Of a DNA stretch of 64,000 nucleotides, positions 40,014 to 51,100 are shown piece by piece. The notes beneath the pieces were generated by a model, which did no database searches, had not been told where the DNA came from, and worked only from the letters and a program-made list of their open reading frames with translations. Made by a program: the position numbers and the translations under genes. The stretch comes from Lingula anatina (lineage: Eukaryota; Animalia; Brachiopoda), in the NCBI GenBank assembly GCA_051362555.1, contig CM120640.1, positions 31,763,967 through 31,827,966 of the forward strand, given 5' to 3'. Positions within the stretch are counted from its first letter, which is position 1; each line of letters opens with the position of its first letter.

Positions 40014-41913
40014 GAGGGGGGGGGGCGAAATCTCCTTTTTTTTAATACCTTTTGTAACAGAAAGTGATAAACCAAGCTTTTGTGTAAACAATGAAAACAT
40101 CTTACGATTCATGCCTTGCTAGTATAAAGTTATCGTATTCAGAGAAAGAGGTTTTTAAAATAACAACCCTTTTGGGTAATATTCGCACGTTATTAATACT
40201 AACAAAATTTTTTTTAAAAAATCCGTATAAAAAAGAGGTATTACGAGAAGCACATTTATTTTACTGACAAATATTGTTCTAAACCTCAAGTATATTTTTT
40301 TAAAATGCCTGGTAATACTAAGGTTTTGCAAATTACTTTCCATGAGAACGCGGTTTTGTCGTGTTTTGTCTAAAACAATTGAGTGTGTCCTGACTATCGT
40401 CTAGCTAATCATAGATGTAATTGAAGATTCTTTGTATGGCTAAAATATTACAAAAACATCAAACAACTAAAAATAATGACCCGCAGCAAAAGACGTCACT
40501 TTTTTTTTTCCAGTTTTTAAAAGCCAGGTGACACCGCGGACGTAGCCGCAATCTATATTGCGCCATTTAAAATAAACATAAACACAGACATTTTCTGAGA
40601 CGTTAGACATCATACTCACTTCTTGCATTTACAAGTGCTTTAGTAGAAATAACCTAGATCGATTGGAGAATGCAAGATGGAGCTGCGAACTACAATAACG
40701 ATGGTTTACATTTTGTTTGTTTTTATGTCAGAACAGATAAATCTAGTAATTATTTTTTGCAGCGATTTAAGTAGCTAGACTGATTTAAGTAAATTCCACT
40801 TGGATAAACAATTCTTTCTCCTGTTTTAAATTCTTAAATGGACCTACACATTGAGAATCAGCGAGTGTTCTCGTGGAAGGCGAGACAAGTCCCGAGTTCG
40901 ATTTTTAGGTAGAGTCGAGTCAGAGACCACCTCACTGAGAAAACACACAAATGGAACTGTTGTGTGCCCGACCATGAAGCACTGATAATGAGCAATTGGC
41001 CTATTAGCATGTAAACTCTAGTTTTCGGCAACTTTGGTTGTATGCTTTTCAGAGAGATGAGAAAGGATGCCAGTGAGCACTGAGACTTATAACAATGTTT
41101 AAACGCATATTAAAAAGTGTAAAATCCAGCTATGGTTTAAAATGGATAAAGTAAACGTACAAATGAGAAAAATTTCATTTTTAAATATTCTTATCTTATT
41201 ATTCGTATTTATTATCTTTTTTCTGTTTTTTCTCTACTCAAGCCAATGACATAAGAGTACTGGTCACCTGAAGCCAAAAAGGAAGGCACCCGTTCTTAAT
41301 TATTACCTAAATCAATAGATGTTTTTTATACAAAAATAAGATCATTCGTTTCTTCTGCCTTGTAGAAGTTAATCAAGATTATTCATATGACTTACTGCTG
41401 CTATTCTTTCTATTCGTAAAACCTAATAACTTATTTTCATTTCATTTCTTGATTACAAAATGTGTTTCAGAGAACTGAGGTGGATGTACATGTCCAGTCC
41501 AGCGTACTTTCAAATAACTCACTTCAATTCGCTACAATCAGAACCTCGAAAATGCAGTCATTCTACGCCCTATTACGTCATCCACATTTTGGATCAGTGC
41601 TCGAATACACGCGCACAATATAGTGGCCTGCGAGAAGTTCACAGCTTCCAGTATAACCGACATCGTGCCTATCATAATTTTGGGGAGAGGATATGTTGCT
41701 CAGAAATTGTCATCTACTTTGTCTGTTACATTTCGAGGTCACTGCTTAGTACTTAATACTCTTACCATAAAATGAAATGATAAACAAAAAAATCAAAATA
41801 GAAAATATAAAATAAAATTTATGTCTTTAAGATATTAAAATCAAATTGGCGTATCACTATCAAAGACCATCCCCTATGAACAAGTTGACTAGTGGTGACA
41901 ACAGGAACGCCAC

Positions 41914-41962
41914 CACGTGACTAAAGGTATAAAAGCGCGGAATTTTGAAAATGCGTTCACTC
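41914..41962 (+). promoter_or_regulatory. Core promoter: E-box CACGTG (41914), TATAAAA (41928), Inr-like TCACT (A at 41959)
   Basis: The TATA-to-Inr A distance is 31 nt, the canonical Pol II spacing. A CpG-rich segment follows. Confidence 0.6.
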
Positions 41963-42297
41963 AACTGCGGACAGATCTAGAGCAACAGGAAGGACGTCGT
42001 GTGCTGCGTCCTGTATCAAGCACAAAGGACACAGGAGTCGACTCGCATTTCTCCGAATCTTTCCTCATTCTACGTCAACGCATCGCTCTTCGACATATTG
42101 TTCCTTGCACACGCAGACGTCTAGACAGTGGATTCGGCGTTTCTCTAAGCTGGCCAGCTTCAACCTTCGCTTCTCCCCACGAGGAATCGTCGCTCAGGGA
42201 TCTTCGGAGGATACTTCACCTTTTTGCTGTCGCGGGCTAGTCGTAGTGTCATTGCATTATTGCATGCGTTCCAGGTTTATTTTTTTTATTGCAGTTC

Positions 42298-43753
42298 GTT
42301 TTTATTTCTGTTTACAGGACAAAGAAGATGATGAGCGCCACCGGTGGGACTTCGACTGCACTCCATAAGGTATGTAATCTTTTTCTTTTTGGAAGTGGAG
42401 TTTAAGAAATGAAAGAAATCTAATCTCGTTTTTTTATATCTGTTTACAGGACATAGAAGATGATGAGCGCCACCGGTGGGACTTCGACTGCACTCCATAA
42501 GGTATGTAATCTTTTTCTTCTTGGAAGTGGAGTTTAAGAAATGAAAGAAATCTAATCTCGTTTTTTATTTCTGTTTACAGGACAAAGAAGATGATGAGCG
42601 CCATCGGTGGGACTTCGACTGCACTCCATAAGGTATGTAATCTTTTTCTTTTTGGAAGTGGAGTTTAAGAAATGAAGGAAATCTAATCTCGTTTTTTATT
42701 TCTGTTTACAGGACAAAGAAGATGATGAGCGCCACCGGTGGGACTTCGACTGCACTCCATAAGGTATGTAATCTTTTCCTTTTTAGAAGTGGAGTTTAAG
42801 AAATGAAAGAAATCTAATCTCGTTTTTTATTTCTGTTTACAGGACAAAGAAGATGATGAGCGCCACCGGTGGGACTTCGACTGCACTCCTTAAGGTATGT
42901 AATCTTTTTCTTTTTAGAAGTGGAGTTTAAGAAATGAAAGAAATGTAATCTCGTTTTTTATTTCTGTTTACAGGACAAAGAAGATGATGAGCGCCACCGG
43001 TGGGACTTCGACTGCACTCCATAAGGTATGTAATCTTTTTCTTTTTGGAAGTGGAGTTTAAGAAATGAAAGAAATCTAATCTCGTTTTTTATTTCTGTTT
43101 ACAGGACAAAGAAGATGATGAGCGCCACCGGTGGGACTTCGACTGCACTCCATAAGGTATGTAATCTTTTTCTTTTTGGAAGTGGAGTTTAAGAAATGAA
43201 AGAAATCTAATCTCGTTTTTTATTTCTGTTTACAGGACAAAGAAGATGATGAGCGCCACCGGTGGGACTTCGACTGCACTCCTTAAGGTATGTAATCTTT
43301 TTCTTTTTAGAAGGAGTTTAAGAAATGAAAGAAATCTAATCTCGTTTTTTATTTCTGTTTACAGGACAAAGAAGATGATGAGCGCCACCGGTGGGACTTC
43401 GACTGCACTCCATAAGGTATGTAATCTTTTTCTTTTTGGAAGTGGAGTTTAAGAAATGAAAGAAATCTAATCTCGTTTTTTATTTCTGTTTACAGGACAA
43501 AGAAGATGAGCGCCACCGGTGGGACTTCGACTGCACTCCTTAAGGTATGTAATCTTTTTCTTTTTGGAAGTGGAGTTTAAGAAATGAAAGAAATCTAATC
43601 TCGTTTTTTATTTCTGTTTACAGGACAAAGAAGATGATGAGCGCCACCGGTGGGACTTCGACTGCACTCCTTAAGGTATGTAATCTTTTTCTTTTTGGAA
43701 GTGGAGTTTAAGAAATAAAAGAAATCTAATCTCGTTTTTATTTCTGTTTACAG
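42298..43753 (+). repeat. Tandem array of 11 x ~131-bp exon-intron cassettes
   Basis: Unit = tttctgtttacAG|gacaaagaagatgatgagcgccaccggtgggacttcgactgcactccataag|GTATGT...ctaat...; exon starts at 42318, 42450, 42581, 42712, 42843, 42974, 43105, 43236, 43365, 43496, 43624. Confidence 0.97.
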
Positions 43754-43816
43754 AACACAACTGCAAAAAGAGGTCCCACATCTACAGCTACTTCGACCAA
43801 TCTTTGTTGCCAGCGC

Positions 43817-44809
43817 GTCCTGCCATGGTCCGTCTACGAGGTGGCTGCACGGGGGAAGCGTCCAGCGAGTCCTGCCATGGTCCGTCTATGAGGTGGCTGC
43901 ACGGGGGAAGCGTCCAGCGAGTCCTGCCATGGTCCGTCTACGAGGTGGCTGCACGGGGGAAGCGTCCAGCGAGTCCTGCCATGGTCCGTCTACGAGGTGG
44001 CTGCACGGGGGAAGCGTCCAGCGAGTCCTGCCATGGTCCGTCTACGAGGTGGCTGCACGGGGGAAGCGTCCAGCGAGTCCTGCCATGGTCCGTCTACGAG
44101 GTGGCTGCACGGGGGAAGCGTCCAGCGAGTCCTGCCATGGTCCGTCTACGAGGTGGCTGCACGGGGGAAGCGTCCAGCGAGTCCTGCCATGGTCCGTCTA
44201 CGAGGTGGCTGCACGGGGGAAGTGTCCAGCGAGTCCTGCCCTGGTCCGTCTACGAGTGGCTGCACTGGGGACGTCCAGCGAGTCCTGTCATGGTCCGTCT
44301 ACGAGGTGGCTGCACTGGGGAATCGTCTGGCGAGTCCTGCCATGGTCCGTCTACGAGGTGGCTGCACTGGGGAAGCGTCCAGCGAGTCCTGCCATGGTCC
44401 GTCTGCGAGGTGACTGCAATGGGGAAGCGTCCAGCGAGTCTTGCCATGGTCGGTCTACGAGGTGGCTGCACTGGGGAAGCGTCCAGCGAGTCCTGCCATG
44501 GTCCGTCTACGAGGTGGCTGCACTGGGGAAGCGTCCAGCGAGTCCTGCCATGGTCCGTCTACGAGGTGGCTGCACTGGGGAATCGTCCAGCGAGTCCTGC
44601 CATGGTCCGTCTACGAGGTGGCTGCACTGGGGAATCGTCCAGAGAGTCCTGCCATGGTCCGTCTACGAGGTGACTGCACTGGGGAAGCGTCCAGCGAGTC
44701 CTGCCATGGTCCGTCTACGATGTGACTGCAATGGGGAAGCGTCCAGCGAGTCCTGCCATGGTCTGTCTACGAGGTTGCTGCAATGGGGAAGCGTCCAGCG
44801 AGTCCTGTC
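43817..44809 (+). repeat. GC-rich 52-bp minisatellite, about 19 copies
   Basis: Unit gtcctgccatggtccgtctacgaggtggctgcacgggggaagcgtccagcga; near-identical copies with a 5'-3' gradient of variants. Confidence 0.97.
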
Positions 44810-47800
44810 ATATGATGTTTCAATGAGATGGAAAATCCTGAAAGGTAACCCGTGTTATTGGGGAAAGCACATGTACTAAAATGATTTACTTTTAGTTTAC
44901 TTTTAGTTTACTGGCCGTTCTGACCGCATTACTTTCCTAACTCTTCGTTTTGGCCAAAAAATGAATTTTCCTAGAGTAAGCAACAATGTTCCCATACTTA
45001 CCAAGGGTTAATGAATCCATTTTTTATTCAAAGTTAGTACGTTTTTTTTAAGTTTGGTTTTTTGTTAAAATCTCTTAAGAGATTATAACAGAGTACAGTC
45101 ATCAATGGAAGTCACGTGATCTAAAGACAAGCTTAGATATCAGAATAATAGCTATAATTGCAGTTTTTGTGGTAAAACAATATATTATATATCTATGAGC
45201 TGTTCACATTGCTTTTATTGTGAAATAAAGATATCATACGAAGAGTTATCCCTTTAAATCTAGAAGTCTGAATCTGGATTTACTGGTCCAAATACAAATT
45301 TGAATAGGAATGGACTGTATTGCATTAATATTTGTATTAACAAGACCTTGTCATTTAAAATTGTGATTTAACAGTTAATGAAATAAATTAAATCAAATCT
45401 AAAGCTCTTTTGAAAACTTGTAGAAAAATCTATCAACCACGTTACTAAATTGACACATTCTAGAAATGTACTGGTTCAAACAATTTTAATGGACGCAGAC
45501 TGCTTTGGTTTTTAAAACTTATTCCATTTTCGTTTGTTTACAGAACTCAGTGATGGCAACTCCTGTTAGTTCCCAGTTTTCAAAAGAAGTGCAAGAAGAG
45601 CGGCACATTTGTTTATTTCGATCAGTCATTGGTGCCTGATTTAGTCCTGCCATGGTCTGTTTATAAAGGTGGCTGTATGTGAGAACAGCAGAAGCATGTG
45701 ACGTTTCACTGAGATGGAAAGCCTTAAAAGGTACATGTAACTCATGTTATTTGGGAAAGCAAAACACGTTCCTTCCTTTATGCCTCTTGTTCTCCAGTCA
45801 CTTCCTTTTTGTAGAATCTAAGCACTCTCCCAATCGATGTTTTTCCTGGTCCGTTACAGCAAATGCAATGTTCCTTTTCCGTCGTTAAAACTCTAAATTT
45901 TGCCTTACTCCATTGTGTCACAGACGTGTGAAGGTCGCCAGTGCATGTCAAAATATATGATGTTTTTTCAGAGTTTGTGACAAAAGTACTCTTGATATCT
46001 ATTTTTTATCAAACCCATTAAACTTTTTAAACACATTTCGTATTGCAATTGTTGGCTTTTATTACATTTTAAAATTATTAATCAAATTTGCAGGCTACCA
46101 AAAGTGGAGGTGTCCAAAAATGTCGATTGCAACATCCAAACCACCAGATGAAACACTTCTTCTTCAGGAGCGAGGGATCTTCTTGCTAGATAAGTTTGTA
46201 AGTTCTTAGGGATCGACAACTTTAAGAAAAGCAGATCTTAACTTTTTTGTATATTATTATTAGTGTATTGTTTCTTATTATGGACTGTGATCAAAGACTG
46301 TATCCTTTAAAATTCGCAGAATAATAATCTTAGAGCAGTGTCTGTATATACAGAATTGGCAAAAGCGCGCAGCACATTCCTAAACATCGCATCCTTTAAC
46401 TAATAGCCAAGTGTCTAAATTAGTTATTAAATAATTCAATCATATATTATTATTTTTTCTTTTCTTAAGAAAAGTAGCATGGACAGCCAACAATTTTAAC
46501 ATGTAACATTTCAAGGTGAAATAACTTTTAAGTGAACAAATTACATTTCATTTGTAGGCTACGAAAAGGGATTTCCAGAAATGATGCCCGAAGGCAACAG
46601 CTTCAACCGTAGACCAAATATCCAAGATGTGAAACGCTTCATAGCGCTAGCAAGGAGCCCCCTGTAGCCACTTTTCATTGATGATTGGACGTCCTAGCAG
46701 TCTTGGTTTTGAAGGATACAACTTGTTCTGCAAACAAATATAGAGAATGTGCAATGGAAATGGAGAGCAATATGCAGAGTATAATAGGAATACAAACTAG
46801 TAATGGACTTGGGGCTTTTGGATAATAAGAATATTTGGGTTTCATTGGTCACAAACTTTTGTCGAGTGTAATTGCACTAAGTTTTGTTTTTCACTTGTGT
46901 AAGTGATGTTTTATTACAATGGCTGAAGGTCTGAATGATCATTCTTAATTCCATGCATTCCAATTGAATAGGATGAGGCGTGGTTATGTATAAAAATGTT
47001 TTAAGTCTACCTCTTCAGATATAATAATAATCATCATGTTAATGATTTTAATTGAATATCCAGTTGCTGTATACATTCTAAATGCAGATAGTTTTATGCT
47101 CACAAAAACATTCGCATTTCCACCACTTATGGTCGTCTGTGTTTTGTTTCAATCTTAGTGCAGTAGTCTTTTCTGAAATTTGTGCTTTTGATGATGTGGA
47201 GTTGTTTGTCAGTAAGGCATTTGAGAAGGTCTTAACCTGCACACTAACCTTACTAATAAACCCTCACATCTTTGTAAAATCTGACTTCATGTAAACGCTT
47301 TTACATGAAGAGATTTTACATTGATAGCCTGTGCAAAATCTGCAATGAAATGTTTTACATGTGAAAATATTTCATTATTTTTTGCACAGTCTGCTCTACT
47401 TGAGAGATGCCATCATCTCTCAAGATAGAGATCACATTACTAACATTCAGATTTTCTCAAGTGTTATACTTGACAAATAAATCCACTTCATCATATATGC
47501 ACCTTTTCTCCGGATCAACCAAATTCAAATTGAAACTTACATGGACGGTCAAACAGTGATGTGAGATGCGAAATAATTCGAAGCAAGCTTGCTTTATTCT
47601 CAACTTGTATCATATAGGTAGTGGCGATTTCAGGGCAAAATGAAAATTTAGAAATTTTATAGTTTTAGGTATTTTATCCAGAGTTATGTCTTGGTTTAGT
47701 TTAAATCATTGAGATACCCGAGTTATGGTCATATTACTTGAATCTGTTTATGGTCTGTTTATGTTATCGTTAGAAATTTCAGGACTGAGCGACTTTATTT

Positions 47801-47866
47801 ATGGCTTTGCCCCCCTGGATAAAGTTTAAACTAGTTTCGTGTTAAGTCTCTAGTTAATGTCTCGGG

Positions 47867-48186
47867 TTGGCTTCAGTGCCTCTTTCTGTATGAATTACTT
47901 TGGTAAATATGTTTATCTTGTATAGTATATATAGAGAATAGTTTGTAGTCACGAAAGTTTATTCAGTCGTGCCATGCTGTCTAAAACGGGACTATATTCT
48001 TGAGCTTGTAAGGCGCTGTAAAAACTGTTATCCGGGCGTGGGCACTTTCCCGGCATTCCCCAAGAAGGGTTTAGACGGGTTTTTCCCCACGGCCCGAGAG
48101 CATCTGGTACCAACCTCTCACCATCAAAATTTGGCTTCAGTGCCTCTTTCTGTATGAATTACTTTGGTAAATTTGTTTATCTTGTA
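47867..48186. repeat. 56-bp direct repeat (47867-47922 and 48131-48186)
   Basis: ttggcttcagtgcctctttctgtatgaattactttggtaaat(a/t)tgtttatcttgta, one mismatch. Confidence 0.85.
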
Positions 48187-51100
48187 CATTGCTGGGCTAT
48201 TTGCGTTTCGTTGTGAGATGATAAAGACGGGAATGGAAAATATAAACTTTCAGTAAAACTACCGTTTTTTAATCCATTGCATTTACGTATAGTAATTCAT
48301 TAATGATTACTTGCAAATCCTATTGGAATTGAATGTAACTGTTCATCATTTAACTTGATAGTTGAATAAAAATTATATTCTAAACTTGATTTACTCTTTT
48401 GTAATTACTTTCATACCGATTTCTTCCATAAAACCAGACGATGTTAAGTAAATAAATAAATTTTTGATTTTAGAAACGATTTTGCAGTGTTGCGCAAAGT
48501 TTCAATTTGGGAATAACTCTTGCCACAATAAAGACTAATGAGTTGGAATAGAGCACCTAGAATTAACAGTTCCGTGCCGTCATTTTTGTCTAAATATTTT
48601 TTGTTATGGAGTTATTAGCCCCTCATTACAGATTTTCTTGAAACAAAGGCAGTATTTTGCTTTACCAACAATGCAGTATGAACTAATTTTTTTAAAGAAA
48701 AATTGCTGGCAGGGTTTTGGAGTAGTAAATGGTGTCATTAAATTGGCGTTGAAACCGTGTTCGTTGGTGCTCTGGTAAAGGAGAACTTTGAGAAACATAT
48801 TTTTCAATTTTTACTCCAAAATCGCAAACATGAGTGTTTATGTTAACCTAATTTAGTCGATGAACACTGAATATTTCTGTTTCTTAATAATGGAAAGCGT
48901 AAAACCCTGTATATATCACTGATATGTCCATTCAAATAAATAGGTTATTAGGGATTTTTGCTATTCTTTTGGTTTTGTGGCAACAATCAAATTATATCAG
49001 CTTTGTTATTCCTTGTTGTGGGGAAAATCAACCAGAGTTCAGCAAAAAATCAGCAAAACATCTGGAATTTGTAATGAGCTCATAAATACATGTACGTCAA
49101 TACCATGAGCCAGTTTTAGTGGAAATTATTTTTCTGACTGTTAAAGCCATTTTGGTTGTATCAAAATGCATCAATATGATTCTCCACAGTAAAGGAATGC
49201 GTTTATAAAATGCTTAGTGTATGATAAGGCTGAAATAGTGGTGAGAGTCAACATCATTTATGCTTAAATTTATGTTAGGTGTATATCTTTATGGTAATTG
49301 AAAGCTATTTAGGAAATTCCATGTTTGCTATTCAATTCCCCGAGGACAACCGAGGCCAGTTAACACGGTTCCAAGCCAAAATTACCACCTACCAGGACCT
49401 CATATTATATTATGTGGACTTTTCTGACAGGGAATTGCCGTCAATTTAACCAGATACATATCTGTGAATACCTAGCAAAAAATCAAGCTGTGACCCTGTG
49501 GTGGAGGGTAATCCAAAACCAAAATCCAAAATGAATTTCTTCACGCACCCTTGTGCTACAATAATCTAACCTCTGCCTTCACAGTTGATTGTCTGTCGAA
49601 GGAGGTTGTACGCGTACCCCTTTCTAGCGTTTTTCTGGAAAACTGGCGATTTGTACAGGTAATTTTAGAATGGGGGTCAGTATACGAAATAAGTTCAATT
49701 CATTAGTTGATGTGATCATTGGTTTTAAGAGAACATTTATTGTGAATTTTCCTCAAGGTATTTAGTAGTTACAGAAGTCACAAACAGATGCTATTCGTAA
49801 GCGCGTAAAAGAGTATCTTCATAGATTCTTAAATGTAATCAAGGTCCTCGTGCGAAGGGCCGAAACGTCGTGCCAAACGAGTGACCGACGTTAAGTCTCT
49901 TTAAAAACAGTTTAACATTGAACTCGTGTAAGCCGTACCTGTTACCAGAATTAACTACTCTTGCTTCATATTTTATCGCCTCTTTCTGAAATCCTTGTAG
50001 TTGTATCCTGGACTGAAAAACGCATATGTCGCAATGTTCCATCTTTCATGATCTTTCCTTTTAAACAGCGTTGACAAAGTTTAGTTGTTGCTGATATAGA
50101 TACCAAAACGCAAGCTACTCTTTGTTATTTTTTCATAGGCGATTGACAGCCAAATGGATGCTGCAGAGTTCCGTGTTCGTGGGAAAGAAATAGTAGACAT
50201 GATGGCTGATTACTTAGAGAATGTGCAGAATCGTCCAGTATATCCTGCATAGCCGGATATAAGCGCCAGCTCCTTCCGGAAACTGCCCCAGAAACTGCTG
50301 AGTCATGGGAGGACGTTATTGGTGACATAGAGCGGGTTATTATGCCTGGGGTAAGTGCTTATAGGCACACAGGTAAATTATCGTTTGCGCATGCGCCACG
50401 CGGCTAAATATAAAATACACATGGCAAAATATACAGTTGATTTTTAGTATATTGGCTTTACTGTCTTTAAGAGATGAGCAATAGTTTAGTGTACAAGGGT
50501 TGTAGTTTAAAGAGGATTGTTTTTTAATTGAATCTGACTTGCTTCGTTTTAGTCGGTTTCCTCACTTGAGAAAAAGGCAGCTAAATCACAGAAATCTAAT
50601 TCAAAATCATAATCATACAAAAAATGTTGTATATGAAATAGAATATTGTTTGTAACATTTCTGCTAAGAAGTTGATGGTTAATAATCTCTATATTATATT
50701 TTTGGCACGATTTATATATTTTGTGTCTAATCTAAATCAAACAATACTCTAGACAACGCACTGGAATCACCCGCAGTTCCATGGCTATTTCCCTTCAGTC
50801 AGATCCTACGCTGCCATCTGTGCCGACATGCTCTCCGATGCTATGGGTGGTCTTGAATTTACCTGGGTAAGCTGATTTTTTCTACTGTACACCGGAGGAC
50901 CCAAGATTTCACAAAATTGGGGGTGGGGGGGGGGGGCTGGAAACTGACTTTTATTTTATTTATTGTTCGATACCATTAGAAATGAGACTCTTCAAGACAT
51001 CTAAATCAAGCGGTCTGAGATCCATGTGTGAATTGAAACTCACCTCTATATGTTACCAGCTTGTCCCTGCCATGCATGCTGAAAGCACGCACAATGAGGC

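Larger units (their letters stand above)
41959..46700 (+). ncRNA. Putative spliced, repeat-built lncRNA (3' end approximate)
   Basis: Promoter, then 11 mini-exons with canonical splice sites, then exons 43754-44844, 45544-45730, 46094-46197 and 46558-. Joined mini-exons have stops in all frames. Confidence 0.5.

Noticed and set aside
42327-42369. C/D snoRNA (ATGATGA C-box in each unit)
   Set aside because: No CTGA D-box or terminal stem, and the motif lies in the exon part of the unit rather than the intron.
42298-44809. CRISPR-like array
   Set aside because: Eukaryotic context, no unique spacers (whole units repeat) and no cas genes.
43804-44879. 289-aa and 328-aa ORFs as protein-coding genes
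   Set aside because: They arise from a stop-free 52-bp minisatellite read in rotating frames, start at non-ATG codons and show no recognisable domain.
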